NCBI GenBank assembly: GCA_951406725.2
Contig: OX597828.1
Coordinates: 62,620,001-62,684,000 of the forward strand
Source of the DNA: Octopus vulgaris
Taxonomy: Eukaryota
Length of the DNA: 64,000 bases
Direction: 5' to 3'
Below the pieces are notes generated by a model. The model saw only the letters and a program-made list of their open reading frames with translations, was not told the origin of the DNA and did no database searches. A program made the position numbers and the translations under genes. Numbering within the stretch: the stretch's first letter is position 1; each line of letters begins with the position of its first letter. Shown in pieces: positions 51,532 through 64,000 of this stretch.

Positions 51532-52019
51532 TTAGCCACATCACACATTTTTTTTCTCTCCTTTTTTCTCTCCTTGTTTCTCTCCTTGTTTTTTTTTTCT
51601 GTGTCCCTTTCTATAGAAGAGCGTAGGCTCGAAACATAAAAGACTTTTTCTATTCCTGAGCATTATACAAATACATCTGTTTGTTTTGTACACCACCTGT
51701 CTTCGTCTTTTGTTTTTTTCGTAAACTCTCCCTATATATATAGCCAACAAATAAGATTCAGAGATTCTCAGTATAGCAAACACTTAGTAGCACTCAAATG
51801 GTTCAAACTTAGATTCCGATGTCTTTACAAGGGACTGATTCCGTGAGGTAAGGCATAGCTATAAAAGGAGTCCAGGTAAGCAGGTATGGGGAGAATTATG
51901 TCTGTCATTTGTATTCTATGTTTGAACTATTAATCTCTAAATGTCTATAGATTTATGCTTAAATATTCATCATCTGAAAATCAGTCTTGCTTTCTTTCTG
52001 TTTACTCAGACACACATAT

Positions 52020-52262
52020 ATAGAGACAGGATGCCTCTGGGAGCTTCTGTATGCTGATGGCCTTGCTCTAATAGCTGAGTCACCATCAGAACTAGAGGAG
52101 AAGTTTCAGGTGTGGAAGCAAGGTCTAAAATTGAAGGGCCTTAGAGTCAATCTAGCAAAAACCAATGTCTTAGTAAATAGGAAGGTAGACAAATCACAGG
52201 TCTTTTCAGGTAGAGGGCCCTGCTCAGTCTGTAGAAAAGGCATAGGTAGTAACTCCATAAGA
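52020..52262 (+). mobile_element. RTE-clade LINE RT fragment
   Basis: LWELLYADGLALIAES...GLRVNLAKT...PCSVCRKGIGSNSI. Confidence 0.8.
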
Positions 52263-53290
52263 TGAAAGGTTTTGAAATTTAGGTACTGGTGTGTATCTGT
52301 GTTTTTGTTATAAATATCAGATGTGATTGTGGCATTGTTTTTAATTATCATTATGTCAAGAAATGGTAATTGTGTGTTGCTCATTTCTCCTGTGAATTTG
52401 AAACCAGGGTGTAGGTTGCTGAGGAGAGTGCTGAATTCTTCCAGGTTTTCTAGGGATTTGGTCCAAGTTAGGAAACAATCATTGAGGTATCTTTACCATG
52501 TGTCCTCTATATGTCTTTTAAATGTCATGCCAAAGTTCTCTTCAATTTTTTCATATAGGTTTTGTTCCAAGTATCCCAATACTAAGTTCGCGAAAACTAG
52601 AACAAATCCTGTCCCCATAGCTGTGCCTTGAATTTGGAGGTAGCTTTTTTATATTGAAAAGGGGCGTATTGCTTTCAAGGATGAGGCTGACTGTGTTTGA
52701 TATGAAGGTTACAGTAAATCTATTGGGGATCACTTCTCTAAGTTTCTTGAGCCAATATGTTACGTCAGTAAGTCCTAAATCATGTGAAATGTTTGTATAT
52801 AAGTTTGTTACATGAAAACTAACAGTAAATTGGATTCTGTTGTTTTGGGAAGTTGTGACAGGAAACTGATGCCATCCTGAATGAAACTGGGTATGGGATC
52901 CCATAGTGGTTTTAGCATAATGTCAATGAGGTTGCTCAGCTGATGCATAGGACAGGCTGGACCAGCTGTAATGGGTCTTAGTTTAAGGTCTCTTGGTTGC
53001 AGTAGTTTTATGTATTCACTACCTTGTCCCTTCGTAGCATTTTGTATTTCTTTTGACTTATGTATTTTAGATAAGCCATAGAAGTTGCTGGATTTTGACT
53101 CAAAATTGGCAACACAGTCCCTTGCATTAGAAGTGAGGGAGTTATAATATTTTAAGACTAAATAATTGACTTTCTTCATGATGCAGTAGTCAATATTCAA
53201 GGATATTTCATGGTAAAACATTGTATCCTTCAAATGATCTTCAGCTAGATCCCAGTAATATTCCATATCCATTACAATATCCATTATATA
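52263..53290 (-). mobile_element. Penelope-like element reverse transcriptase, pseudogenised
   Basis: FYGLSKIHK, LRPITAGPACP, VTNLYTNI, GTAMG, LPFLDI and DIYNKNTDTHQYLNF motifs across several frames. Confidence 0.85.
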
Positions 53291-53328
53291 TCCATTATAT
53301 ATCCATTATATATATATATATGTATATG

Positions 53329-53423
<95 letters not shown>

Positions 53424-54235
53424 CACACATATATATACATGCATATACACACACATACGATCATCAATTACATGTCAAAAATGGTAGAGGAGAAGGTGTC
53501 AAAATCAGACATGGTTCCTCCTAATGATGTCCTTAACCACTGGATCCTATAAAGGGGCTGTTGAGGAAGCGAACCACAAAACATGGTTGGAATTCTTTCT
53601 ATCCCTATTTTTACTTACCTAAAATATTCTTCTCTCCTTATATTTCTACTCCCCCACACCTACATACACCTTCACTGCTTCAGTTTTTTTTTTTGGGGGG
53701 GGGGGATCTTGTACCAATTTACACCTTTTGACCATAAAACCAATGCTTAAACTCCCCACCCTACCTTGCTTTATTCATACATACTTTCCTTTATCACCCA
53801 TGACCAAAGATATTCCCCCTCCCTCACCCCTCCAATTTCTCTTCTCTTCAAATGCCAATCCCACTATTGAACTCTAGGATTAAGCTAAAACTGCTATATT
53901 ATCTACCACTGACCAACCCCACCCTTCTCTCACTCCCCTACATTTTGTTTTATTTTATTTTATTTATTTATTTACTTTTCTTTCTCTTCTTTCTCCCCAT
54001 CTTCTATTACTTATTTCTCCCCTCATTTATATACCCCACACATACTGTGTCCTCCACACATTCTAATTGATTCTTTGCATTAGCATGCACAATGTAGCCT
54101 TTGATTTAATCAAGATATCCTTGGCCTGAGGAGTAGCTGGCAGCATACACCTCACTTGGATTTTACCACTTCTCAGGTTCCACTCACTATGAAAGATATG
54201 TAGCCCCGATTTCCCATACTCCATTCCATAACTCT

Positions 54236-54291
<56 letters not shown>

Positions 54292-54321
54292 CATACATAC
54301 ATACATACATACATACATACA

Positions 54322-54352
<31 letters not shown>

Positions 54353-55454
54353 TACTCCTCACTGAATAATTTATCGATCTGATTTTCTGGATTTTCAGTT
54401 ACATGGACATTATTCATTACACTACTCTGTAATTGATTTCTATGTGGACTGATAGCCTATTCCAAAGGAGGGGCATACTGTGATAGCTGCATGATTTTCT
54501 GAATCTACATTTTAAACTACTCATTTACACACACACACACACACACACACACGTCTGTAAAAGAAAAAATTCAATATCTTCCTTCTGCAGCCAGAAGGAA
54601 CCACCATTCAAAGAACATCAAAGACTTCCTACCATGCATTACTCCATTGATGTTGTCATAGCTAATATTGGTAAATCTCTTTGTGAATTCCAGCTTATTT
54701 AAGAAATGGCTTCGTAATACACAGGTAGAATTTCAGTCTGTTGAATTGGTTTAATGTCTGAAATATACTGCAGGAAATAAAATTATAATTTTATCAACTA
54801 TACACATCCTCTTTAGAATGTAAATACATTTTAGAGTGATTTTTCATTTAGAATGTTTTTCCGTGCTATCAAGTGTTGGATAGGGGACATTTGAAACAGG
54901 ATTTTATGGCTGGGTGCTCTTGCTGTCACCAACTCTTACCTATTTTTTTGTCGGCTTTGATTGGTCATAACGTCAGAAAAGAACGAGGAAATCATGTTGG
55001 CATTTCACTCAAGTGACACTGCAGAGATAATGGGGAGGCATCGTGAACAAATATTGCTGGGAATAGATGCGAGGAGCAAAAGCATGTGGGTCACGCACTT
55101 TCCTGTAGCATCCATTCTATAAGCAAAACTCAAAATCCTGCTGAAGAGCCACCCAGGTGCACATAGGGTGTGCAAGCTTCAATGAAGAGTTGGCATCTTC
55201 TGATGAGAAGGAGTAATTGACAGAATTATTCTTCTGAGTTGTTCTTCATTCTAGGAAAGAGGAAAAGTTTTTGTACATTCATTGTCTGTGGAGGTTCTTT
55301 ACATTGATAAAGTTTGTTGTCCTTCTTAGACAACCTTATAAGGATTAGACTAGGCTTAGATATTGATATCTAATTTTGGGAGATTCTGTGGCATCATCAT
55401 TGCCATCATTGCCGTCGTCTGCTGCTGGAGAGGACCGATCAGGTAAAGGACCTG

Positions 55455-56130
55455 GGTATCTTGGTGGATTACTCCTTTTCGCCTTCGGCCCAGTGCGTCC
55501 ATGCTGCCAACAAAGCACGCGGAATTCTGTTCTTGATTCGACGGTCATTCGGAATGCTCACGGCAGCCATATTCCTACCACTCTATGTCACGCTGGTGAG
55601 ACCCATATTGGAGTATGGGATTCAAGCCTCTTCTCCTTATCTCCTCAAAGACATACAGCATCTCGAAATAGTCCAGAAGCTGGCTACCCCCATGGTTCAT
55701 GGTCTCAAAAATTTGTCCTACGAAGAAAGGCTGAGGACGCTCGACCTTTATTCTCTTGAAAAACGCCGCCGCCGTGGTGATCTCATTCTCGCCCACAACA
55801 TCATAAGTGGAAAGTGTAACCTCTCGAAAGAGCTGTACTTCACTCCTGCTCCAGAGCGTCGGCTGCGGGGTCATTCCGAAAAGCTCTACCTGCGACGATT
55901 TCATCTTAATCGAAGGAGAGGAGCTTTCTCCGTCCGGGTTGCGGATCCGTGGAACAAGCTGCCAGACGAGCGGGTGAAGATGCCGACGACCGCTTTGTTC
56001 AAAGCCTCCCTGGACCTCAAGTGGCCTGAACTCTTTACATGAACACCACCCTGTACTTAACTCCATGTCCCCCTACATGGCCTTGCTACTTGCTTTTGAG
56101 CCAAATTAACTAACTAACTAACTAACTAAC
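55455..56130 (+). mobile_element. 5'-truncated CR1-type LINE with uninterrupted C-terminal ORF and (TAAC)n tail
   Basis: LVRPILEYG...YEERLRTLDLYSLEKRRRRGDLI...FSVRVADPWNKLP; GC-rich with CpGs retained; tail at 56106-56130. Confidence 0.88.
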
Positions 56131-56514
56131 ACATCACCATCACCACCACTACCAGCACCACCACCATCATCATCATCATAATTTAATGTCTGTTTTCCAT
56201 ACTGGTATGGGTCGAACAGTTTAACAGGAACTGGAGAGTCGGGGAGCTGTCTAGGCTCCATTTGTCTGTCTTGGCATGGTGCCTATGGCTGTATGCCCTT
56301 CCTAACTACAACCACTTTCAGAATGTACTGGGTGCTTTTACATGGCACCAATACAGGCACTTTTATGTGGCACTGGCACAGTCACTTTTACATGACACCA
56401 GCATCCTCAAGCTTACAAGACTAGGATCTTTTGGTTGAGAGAGGGATGTTGAGGACAGGTGCCTATATGGCCACAATTCTACTCAGTTCTAATGTGTTTT
56501 CTCTGCCAGAAGTG

Positions 56515-56692
56515 TCAGTCTCTCGTCATCTCCTCTGTGATCCCCAACATCTGAAGACCGTTTCTCACCACTTCATGCCATGTCATCCCGGATCTATCCC
56601 TTCTACACATACCCTCCACAATTAGTAACCAGAACTTCTTGATGAAGCTGTCCTCATCCAAGCACATCACATGACCATACCAGTGTAGTTTT
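56515..56692 (-). mobile_element. RTE LINE C-terminal fragment
   Basis: LHWYGHVM...TWHEVVRNGLQMLGITEEMTRD. Confidence 0.7.
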
Positions 56693-57049
56693 ATGTATAC
56701 ATATATAAATATATATAACAGGTGCCTCGTCTGGCACCTGTGTCGGTGGCACATAAAATCACCCACTACACTCTCGGAGTGGTTGGCGTTAGGAAGGGCA
56801 TCCAGCTGTAGAAACACTGCCAGATCTGACTGGCCTGGTGCAGCCTTCGAGCTTGCCAGACCCCAGTTGAACCGTCCAACCCATGCTAGCATGGAAAGCG
56901 GACGTTAAACGATGATGATGATGATGAGATATATATATATAAATATATATAACAAACCCTGTCCAGTCTGAACTTTCACAAGGCTGACTGAAAGTCAACT
57001 GAAAAACAGATACTCCAGCAAAATTGGCTTAAAAGTTTCTCTTTGCAAG

Positions 57050-58250
57050 ACACTGAGATGAAACTCATAGAATTTATGTCAATAATGCAAGCTATGTGCA
57101 TTAAATTTGTCTCAGAGGGGGGGAACTAATACACGCACAAACGTCATTCTCTGAGACTCTAGAGTCCCCAGAAGATGGAGAATAAAGATCTTAAATCACT
57201 TAAATAAACAGCTTAATGGCAGCAAAAGATCCTACGTCAAACTTAAATTCACCCTTGAGAAAGAAAAGGAAGAGAAAGTGGAAGAAATATAAATCAATTC
57301 AAAAGTCTTCTCCAAGTTTCCAAAAAAGTCTGCTCCAATGAGCTACAAGATAGGGTCACAGTTTACAGAAAGTAGCTCACAAACTGTGGACACCAGGAAG
57401 AAAAATAAGGTACTCAATAAACGATTCCAAATTGTTTTCACATCTTCACAGACAAATATGCAAATAAGGAAAACCTGATGAGTTCTTCAATATCACAGAT
57501 CCATATTGGTAAGAGAAAACCATTGGTTATGTTGACATAAAAAAGCTGGGTGTAATATTAGCCACTGATATGATGAACTTGAACTAAACAATGAGCTCCA
57601 ATAGCTTTTCTGGCTGTTCTTTTAAAGACAGGCAAGAAAGTTCTTACAAAAACCACTACAGACACTTTTCAGAGTTTCCTTACATGTTAAAAGAAGGTAA
57701 GCTATGCCCTGTCCATAAAGAAAGAAGCAAAACAGACGCTAAAAATGACAAGCTTATCTCTAACTTCACATGTTAGCAAAGTGATGTGAGAAGGCAGTTG
57801 ATCCCATTCCTAGAAGAAAATAACTTGCTTACAAACATGTAACATGGTTTCCGCCCAGGGTGGAGCTGCCTCACACAGCTGCTACAACATTAAGATCAAG
57901 TACTGAAAGAACAGCTCAACCATTCAAATGTGGATGAGATATATCTCGACTTTGCCAAGGCCTTTGGCAAAGTTGATTATAAGATGATATTTCACAGAAT
58001 GCATGGCTTTGGTATGTCTGGAAAACTAGGAGAGTTGCAGCATGTCTTTATAAAAAGCAGAAGTTAGACCATTGGAGCCAAAGGGCTCTCTCTGAGGGGA
58101 TTCACTTTTTGGCGGATTCCCTCAGGGAACTGTACTGGGACCACTATTGCTTGTGGTGGCTTGCACAGACATACCCTTAGCCATACGGTCAGCCATTTGC
58201 ACCAGCTGTGCTGATGGTACAAAAGTATCACAGGCAGTCAAGGACCCTGA
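57050..58250 (+). mobile_element. Highly decayed CR1/L2-group LINE RT region
   Basis: HGFRPGWSCLTQLL, YLDFAKAFGKVD and GIPQGTVLGPLLL motifs with stops; the 5' boundary is uncertain. Confidence 0.75.
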
Positions 58251-59387
58251 TGCTTGCACATGTGTGTATGTGTGTGCACATATGTGTGTGCGTGCGCATG
58301 TGTGTGTTTGGTGCTTTGACATCATGTGATTGCTACATTATACAAGCAGTGTCCTTCATTTCCAATTTTTGACGAAACATGGCTGGGCTTAGAAAATCTG
58401 TTTCAATGAATTCCATCTGACCCATGCAAGCTTGGAAAACTGGACATTAAATGATGATGGTAATGATATATTATTTACACATACACAATATATAGATAGA
58501 TATATGTTATTCTCGCTTCAGCTCACAGTTGAAGCTCTGAAATAGGTCAGAGGCACTACCATTCCTGCCCTGACTCAGTCTTTCAAAGAAACAAAGCAAA
58601 TATTTTCAATGTTGTAAATAAATGAGATTAATAGTCCGTGAAATTATAAAGCAACCATTTTCATTGTCAATAGTTTAGTTTTGCAGGTGGGTTCATTCCT
58701 ATGGCCTTCTCTATGGCTCCAGGGAGATAGGTTTCTCACTTGTTTCATATCTAAATTGAGAAGCTGCTTACACATGGCACACATGATGATGTTAAGGATT
58801 TATCAACTCCTTGCTGTCCCCTTTCAATGTAAATTTGTCCAAGATGTTAGAAACTAGAGATCTCAATAGAACGGTTGCAGCTGTTATCATCATCATCATC
58901 ATCATCACCACCAGCTTCACCATTATACCCATGTTCCATATTGCATAGGTTGGATTCAGGGCCAGCCCTAGGGTGCTGGCACCCCGGACAAGCTGAACTT
59001 TGGCATGTACAAACTGACAGCTGTGGAAATTTTCTTGTTTTTGTCATGGCCACATTGATGCCCCCTAGCACATGGTGCTCTGAGCAACTGCCCGAGTTGC
59101 AGGTACCTTGAGCTGGCCCCGGTTGGATTGCTTGACAGGACCCAATAGGTCCGACAATTGCATCATTTCAATACCTGTTTTAGTGTGGTTGCTATGGCTG
59201 GATGCTCTTCCCCTTCTTAATGCCAACCATTTTACAGCATGTACTGAGTGCTTTATATGGGCCACCAGCACTAGTGAGGTTACCAAACAGCCCACAAGAC
59301 TACAAAACAAAACCTAAGCTAAAGTAATGTTCCTGGTGATGAAACTACAACGAAACAATTGTGGTGTTATGCAAGAAAGTGTATATA

Positions 59388-59725
59388 GGAAGGCACATGG
59401 CTCAGTGGTTAGAGTGTCGAACTTACGACTGTGAGGTTGTGAGTTCGAATCCCGGACCGAGCTGCGTGTTATGTTCTTGAGCAAGACACTTTATTTCACA
59501 TTGCTCCAGTTCACTCAGCTGTAGAAATGAGTTGCAACATCACAGGTGCCAAGCTGTATCGGCCCCTTTGCCTTTCCCTTGGATAATATCGGTGGCATGG
59601 AGAGGAAAGGCCTGTATGCATGGGTGACTGCTGGTCTTCCATAAACAACCTTGCCCGGGCTTGTGCCTCGGAGGGTAACTTTCTAGGTGCAGTCCCATGA
59701 TCATTCGTAACCGAAGGGGGTCTCT
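59388..59725 (+). mobile_element. tRNA-derived SINE with clear Pol III A and B boxes
   Basis: TGGCTCAGTGG (A box), GAGTTCGAATCC (B box), then a core TTGAGCAAGACACTTTATTTCAC shared with 33150-33380 and 14935-15140. Confidence 0.8.
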
Positions 59726-60599
59726 GCATATATATATATCTATATATCCATATATATAGATATATATACACACACACTGCTTGAGTCATCTAAGAGACCA
59801 TAAGTCAGGGAGAAGATACATTCACATAACTCAGTAGAGTGGGTATATTATTCAAATTTTATACTATTAAGTATCCATCATGGCTGGTCTTACCAATCAG
59901 TTTTTGCACAAAAAATATCAAGGAGTGTTAGGTAACAATTCAATTATATAAATATGCTCATCAGAGGTAGTTGACATAGAAGGGAATAAGGCGATTGCTC
60001 TCCACTGCTGAAGGTGGATTAGCATGATTGGTTGGCATCAGCTGTAAGAAGATGGTGGAATGAAAAGAAGTCCAGGGGATTTGGTTAGGAGTTATGTCCC
60101 TTGGTTAGGTATGTTATGCAGTCAGCAAGAGTTATCTTGAAGTGAGGAAAGTTTGTATTTATAACGTGGTGCTTCTGTGTGTGTGTGTGGGGGGGTATGT
60201 GTAGTGGTGTCAAATGTATACATTTTTCTGGGCGTGTAGATATATATATATATATATATATAGCGCTGTGTTCATTGTTCTGTTTTCTTTTTGTAAAGGA
60301 TAAAACTGGGTTTCTTTTTATATATTAGTGTGTGGTGTGTAATGTATAATGTGTGTGTATGGGGTTTGTTTATATGTGGGGGTACAATTTGTGTGAGGGG
60401 GTATGTGCTGAGAGTGGTGGCAGATAGTTATATACAGGGTGTGCATATGTGTACATGGGTGCAAAGATGTGTGTCTTGGTCAAACTCTTTTTGCTGGGTC
60501 CAAGGGCATTGTGTGGAAGGTCATTTCCTGAAGGTTGAGGCAGGGGACCTGTGTTTGCAGTCACAGTGGGTCACGCAGGTATGATAGAATGTACTTTCT

Positions 60600-61445
60600 T
60601 TCATGTGGACAAGGATTAAACATCTCACTCCTGCTATTGAGGTAAACAACCGGGCATTAGGTACCTTTTAAAATTGTTCTCTTCTCAGCTAGACATAATC
60701 TGCATTTCTTGCTACTATTGAAGTATGGCTTGCATCTTTCTATGATCTTCCACTTTATGCTGTACTCCATGGTGTTTTCTTTTAAAGCCCAGATGTGCTT
60801 GGCTAGGGCTGTGGCGTTACATCTCTCTGGGATGTTGAATGAGGACTTGTTGTAATTATAGCGGGTTCTGAAGGGGCCTTCTATTGCCCCCACATATTTC
60901 CACATGCTCAGTTGTCCATTGGGTCCTCTTGCTGTTACTTCTGCCTCGTATACAACTGTTTCCATATTGCATTGGCTGCTTAGTGGACAAGTTGTGCCAC
61001 CCCTACATGAGCATTCTTCTTCAGTCTTGGGTTTGGGTCTACCTACTAAAATCTTATCACACTAGGTTCACAGCTAAAGGACAATCTCAGGGTATATCTA
61101 TTAAAGATTTTGTAGAATCTATCGGCACGGGGGAAGTGTCTATCAATTAAACTAAGGAAGATCTTACTTACTCGGGTCCTAACATTTAAAGAGAATGGCA
61201 GTGTGAACCACAGTACTTTCCAGTGGTGCTTTCTCTTGATGAGGCTTGGGTATGGCATGTAACTAACTATCCTCAAACCCGCTGGCAGCCAGAGCCTGGT
61301 TGTAGTATGGGGTGGCAGCTTGAAGACAAGCTGGAGATTCTCCTGCTGACACCCTTATCCAGCTTCCTGAACACTATGGCTGGATGGCAGGAATCTGTGT
61401 TGATGTAAGACAACTTTTCATTTGGTTTCCTAAAGTACCTATAGG
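60600..61445 (-). mobile_element. Penelope-like element 3' part with GIY-YIG endonuclease
   Basis: RKPNEKLSYINTDSCHP (RT thumb), KVLWFTLPFS, VVYEAEV...KYVG...FRTRY...TALAKHIWALK...CRLCLAEK. Confidence 0.85.
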
Positions 61446-61485
61446 CACCATCATCATCATCATCATTATCACCACCACCACCACC

Positions 61486-61519
<34 letters not shown>

Positions 61520-61648
61520 TCATATATACAGGTATATTGATGCAAATAGGAAAATAGAACTCAAAATATGGTGTATATGTATATTTTTATTGAAGGCCTG
61601 AGTTTCATATGATGGCACTTATATACATATATAATATAATATAATATG

Positions 61649-61698
<50 letters not shown>

Positions 61699-62211
61699 AG
61701 GCGCAGTAGCTCAGTGGTTAGGTCGTAGGATCGCGGTTTCGATTCCCAGACCAGGTGCTGTGAGTGTTTATTGAGCGAAATTTACCTAAAGCTCCACGAG
61801 GCTCCAGCAGGGGGGGGGGGGGGATCACTCCTGTACTCTCTCTCCGCAACTTTCTCTCACTCTTTCTTCTGTTGACCTGCTCGCTTAGCCAGCGGGGTGG
61901 CGTCATTTGGAGGCTAAAACAATGCAAAGCGCATTGTGACCAGTGATATGTAACAACATCTGATAGCCTGGTCAGTTACAGTGATATATATATATATACA
62001 AGGGGAGAATTCACAAAAAAACAAGACGAAGACAGGTGGTGTAGACATATGTGTATGTGTGTGTGTGTGGTAAGAAGCTTGCTTACCAACCACATGGTTC
62101 TGGGTCCAGTCCCACTGCGTGGCATTGTGGGTAAGTGTCTTCTACTATAGCCTCAGGCCAACCAAAGCTTTGTGAGTGGATTTGGTAGACAGAAACTGAA
62201 AGAAGCTAGTC

Positions 62212-62320
<109 letters not shown>

Positions 62321-62724
62321 CTCTTTTTACTCTCTTTTACTTGTTTCAGTCATTTGACTGCGGCCATGCTGGAGCACCGCCTTTAGTCGAGCAAATCGAC
62401 CCCGGGACTTATTTTTGTAAGCCCAGTACTTATTCTGTCGGTCTCTTTTGCCGAACCGCTAAGTGATGGGGACGTAAACACACCAGCATCGGTTGTCAAG
62501 CAATGCTAAGGGGACAAACACAGACACACAAACACACATATACACATATATATACATATATACGACAGGCTTCTTTCAGTTTCCGTCTACTAAATCCACT
62601 CACAAGGCATTGGTCGGCCCGGGGCTATAGCAGAAGACACTTGCCCAAGATGCCACGCAGTGGGACTGAACCCGGAACCATGTGGTTGGTTAGCAAGCTA
62701 CTTATCACACAGCCACTCCTGCGC

Positions 62725-62782
<58 letters not shown>

Positions 62783-62950
62783 GCTTGTGTGTTTATGTCC
62801 CCATAACTTAGCTGTTTGGCAAAAAAACCCGATAGAAAAAGTACTAGGCTTACAAAGAATAAGTCCTGGGGTCGATTTGTTCGACTAAAGGCGGTGCTCC
62901 AGCATGGCCACAGTCAAATAACTGAAACGAATGAAAGAAAAGAATAAAAG

Positions 62951-62982
<32 letters not shown>

Positions 62983-63291
62983 TATATATATATATTTACA
63001 CACACACACACATACGTATGTACATGTGTGTATGTGTGTGTGTGTAGTTCCATATAAAAATATGTATCCATGTTAAACTATGTGGTAGAGTTGTTGATAG
63101 TGGTTATGATGATGATGATGATGATGGTTTCAACAGTAGGGAAAATGGTGATGATGATGGCAGAGTATGACAATGATGGTGGTGGTGGCTCTATTTCTAC
63201 TCCCAATTTCTCTTCAAGCGAAAACATTTGAGTGGGTGTATGTGTAAACTGTATACACGCACATGTACATGTGTGTGAGTATGTATGTGTT

Positions 63292-63345
<54 letters not shown>

Positions 63346-63404
63346 CATATATTTATGTGTGTGTGTATGCATATATATATATACATACATACATATGTGT
63401 GTGT

Positions 63405-63549
63405 GATGGATGGATGAATGGTTGGATGGAGAGATAGATAGATAGATAGATAGATAAGTAGATAGATAGACAGATAGATAGATAGATAGGTAGATAGGTG
63501 GATAGATAGATAGGTAGATAGATAGATAGATGGATGGATGGATGGATGG

Positions 63550-63605
<56 letters not shown>

Positions 63606-63622
63606 GGATGGATGGATGGATG

Positions 63623-63683
<61 letters not shown>

Positions 63684-63770
63684 GTGGATAGATAGATAGG
63701 TAGATAGATAGATAGATGGATGGATGGATGGATGGATGGATGGATAGATAGCTAGAATTTGGATGTACAC
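63405..63770. repeat. (GATA)n/(GATG)n compound microsatellite
   Basis: Directly visible. Confidence 0.95.
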
Positions 63771-64000
63771 TGTCAAATGCCACTTGTAAGAGGGAAAGAA
63801 TGCCAAAGCTTTGGAGAATAAAGATTTTATTGGGGAAAATGGATTGATCAATACCAGAACACACACACACAACCCATACATACATACAACCATAGATACA
63901 AACACACATACATATACATATATATATATACATACTAAGTGAGTTTTTCCCTCATCCTTTAACTATTTTTCTCAATGGATTTTTGCTATTCATTACATTA

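Noticed and set aside
53517-53595. CTAATGA / CTGTTGA hammerhead-like cores (also CTGATGAG at 59957-59964 minus)
   Set aside because: No matching GAAA box with consistent helices.
54940-55250. Minus-strand exon-like segment with strong acceptor and GTAAGA donor
   Set aside because: Stops in all three frames, and the donor lies within a repeat fragment.
59388-59460. tRNA-like sequence with A and B boxes
   Set aside because: No proper acceptor stem or terminator, and it runs into a SINE body; it is a SINE head.
63078-63933. 275-aa and 239-aa ORFs (YLSI repeats)
   Set aside because: Translations of GATA/GATG/TA microsatellites.

Overview
AT-rich, microsatellite- and retroposon-dense animal genomic DNA. 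The SINE/LINE families look like those of octopus (coleoid cephalopod); this is inferred from repeat motifs, not from a search. Two convergent protein-coding genes are supported. (1) The large terminal coding exon of a Sine oculis-binding protein homolog (SOBP, + strand, 7601-9789); I could not find its 5' exons in the window. (2) A complete 14-exon SAMM50 gene (- strand, ATG 44418 to stop 24959, 456 aa), reconstructed by hand with GT-AG junctions and consistent phases. The rest is tRNA-derived SINEs, decayed CR1/L2-type, RTE and Penelope-like retroelements, several MITEs and simple repeats. I found no CRISPR, rRNA or true tRNA. The most interesting signals are structural: recurrent fold-back rearrangements centred on (TA)n tracts, a SINE and LINE sharing a covarying 3' stem-loop, a co-oriented SINE chain downstream of SOBP, an 800-bp UCAC array in a SAMM50 intron, and a relic minimal hammerhead motif near Penelope fragments. 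None is proven to be a new biological system. Repeat boundaries are approximate unless TSDs are given.
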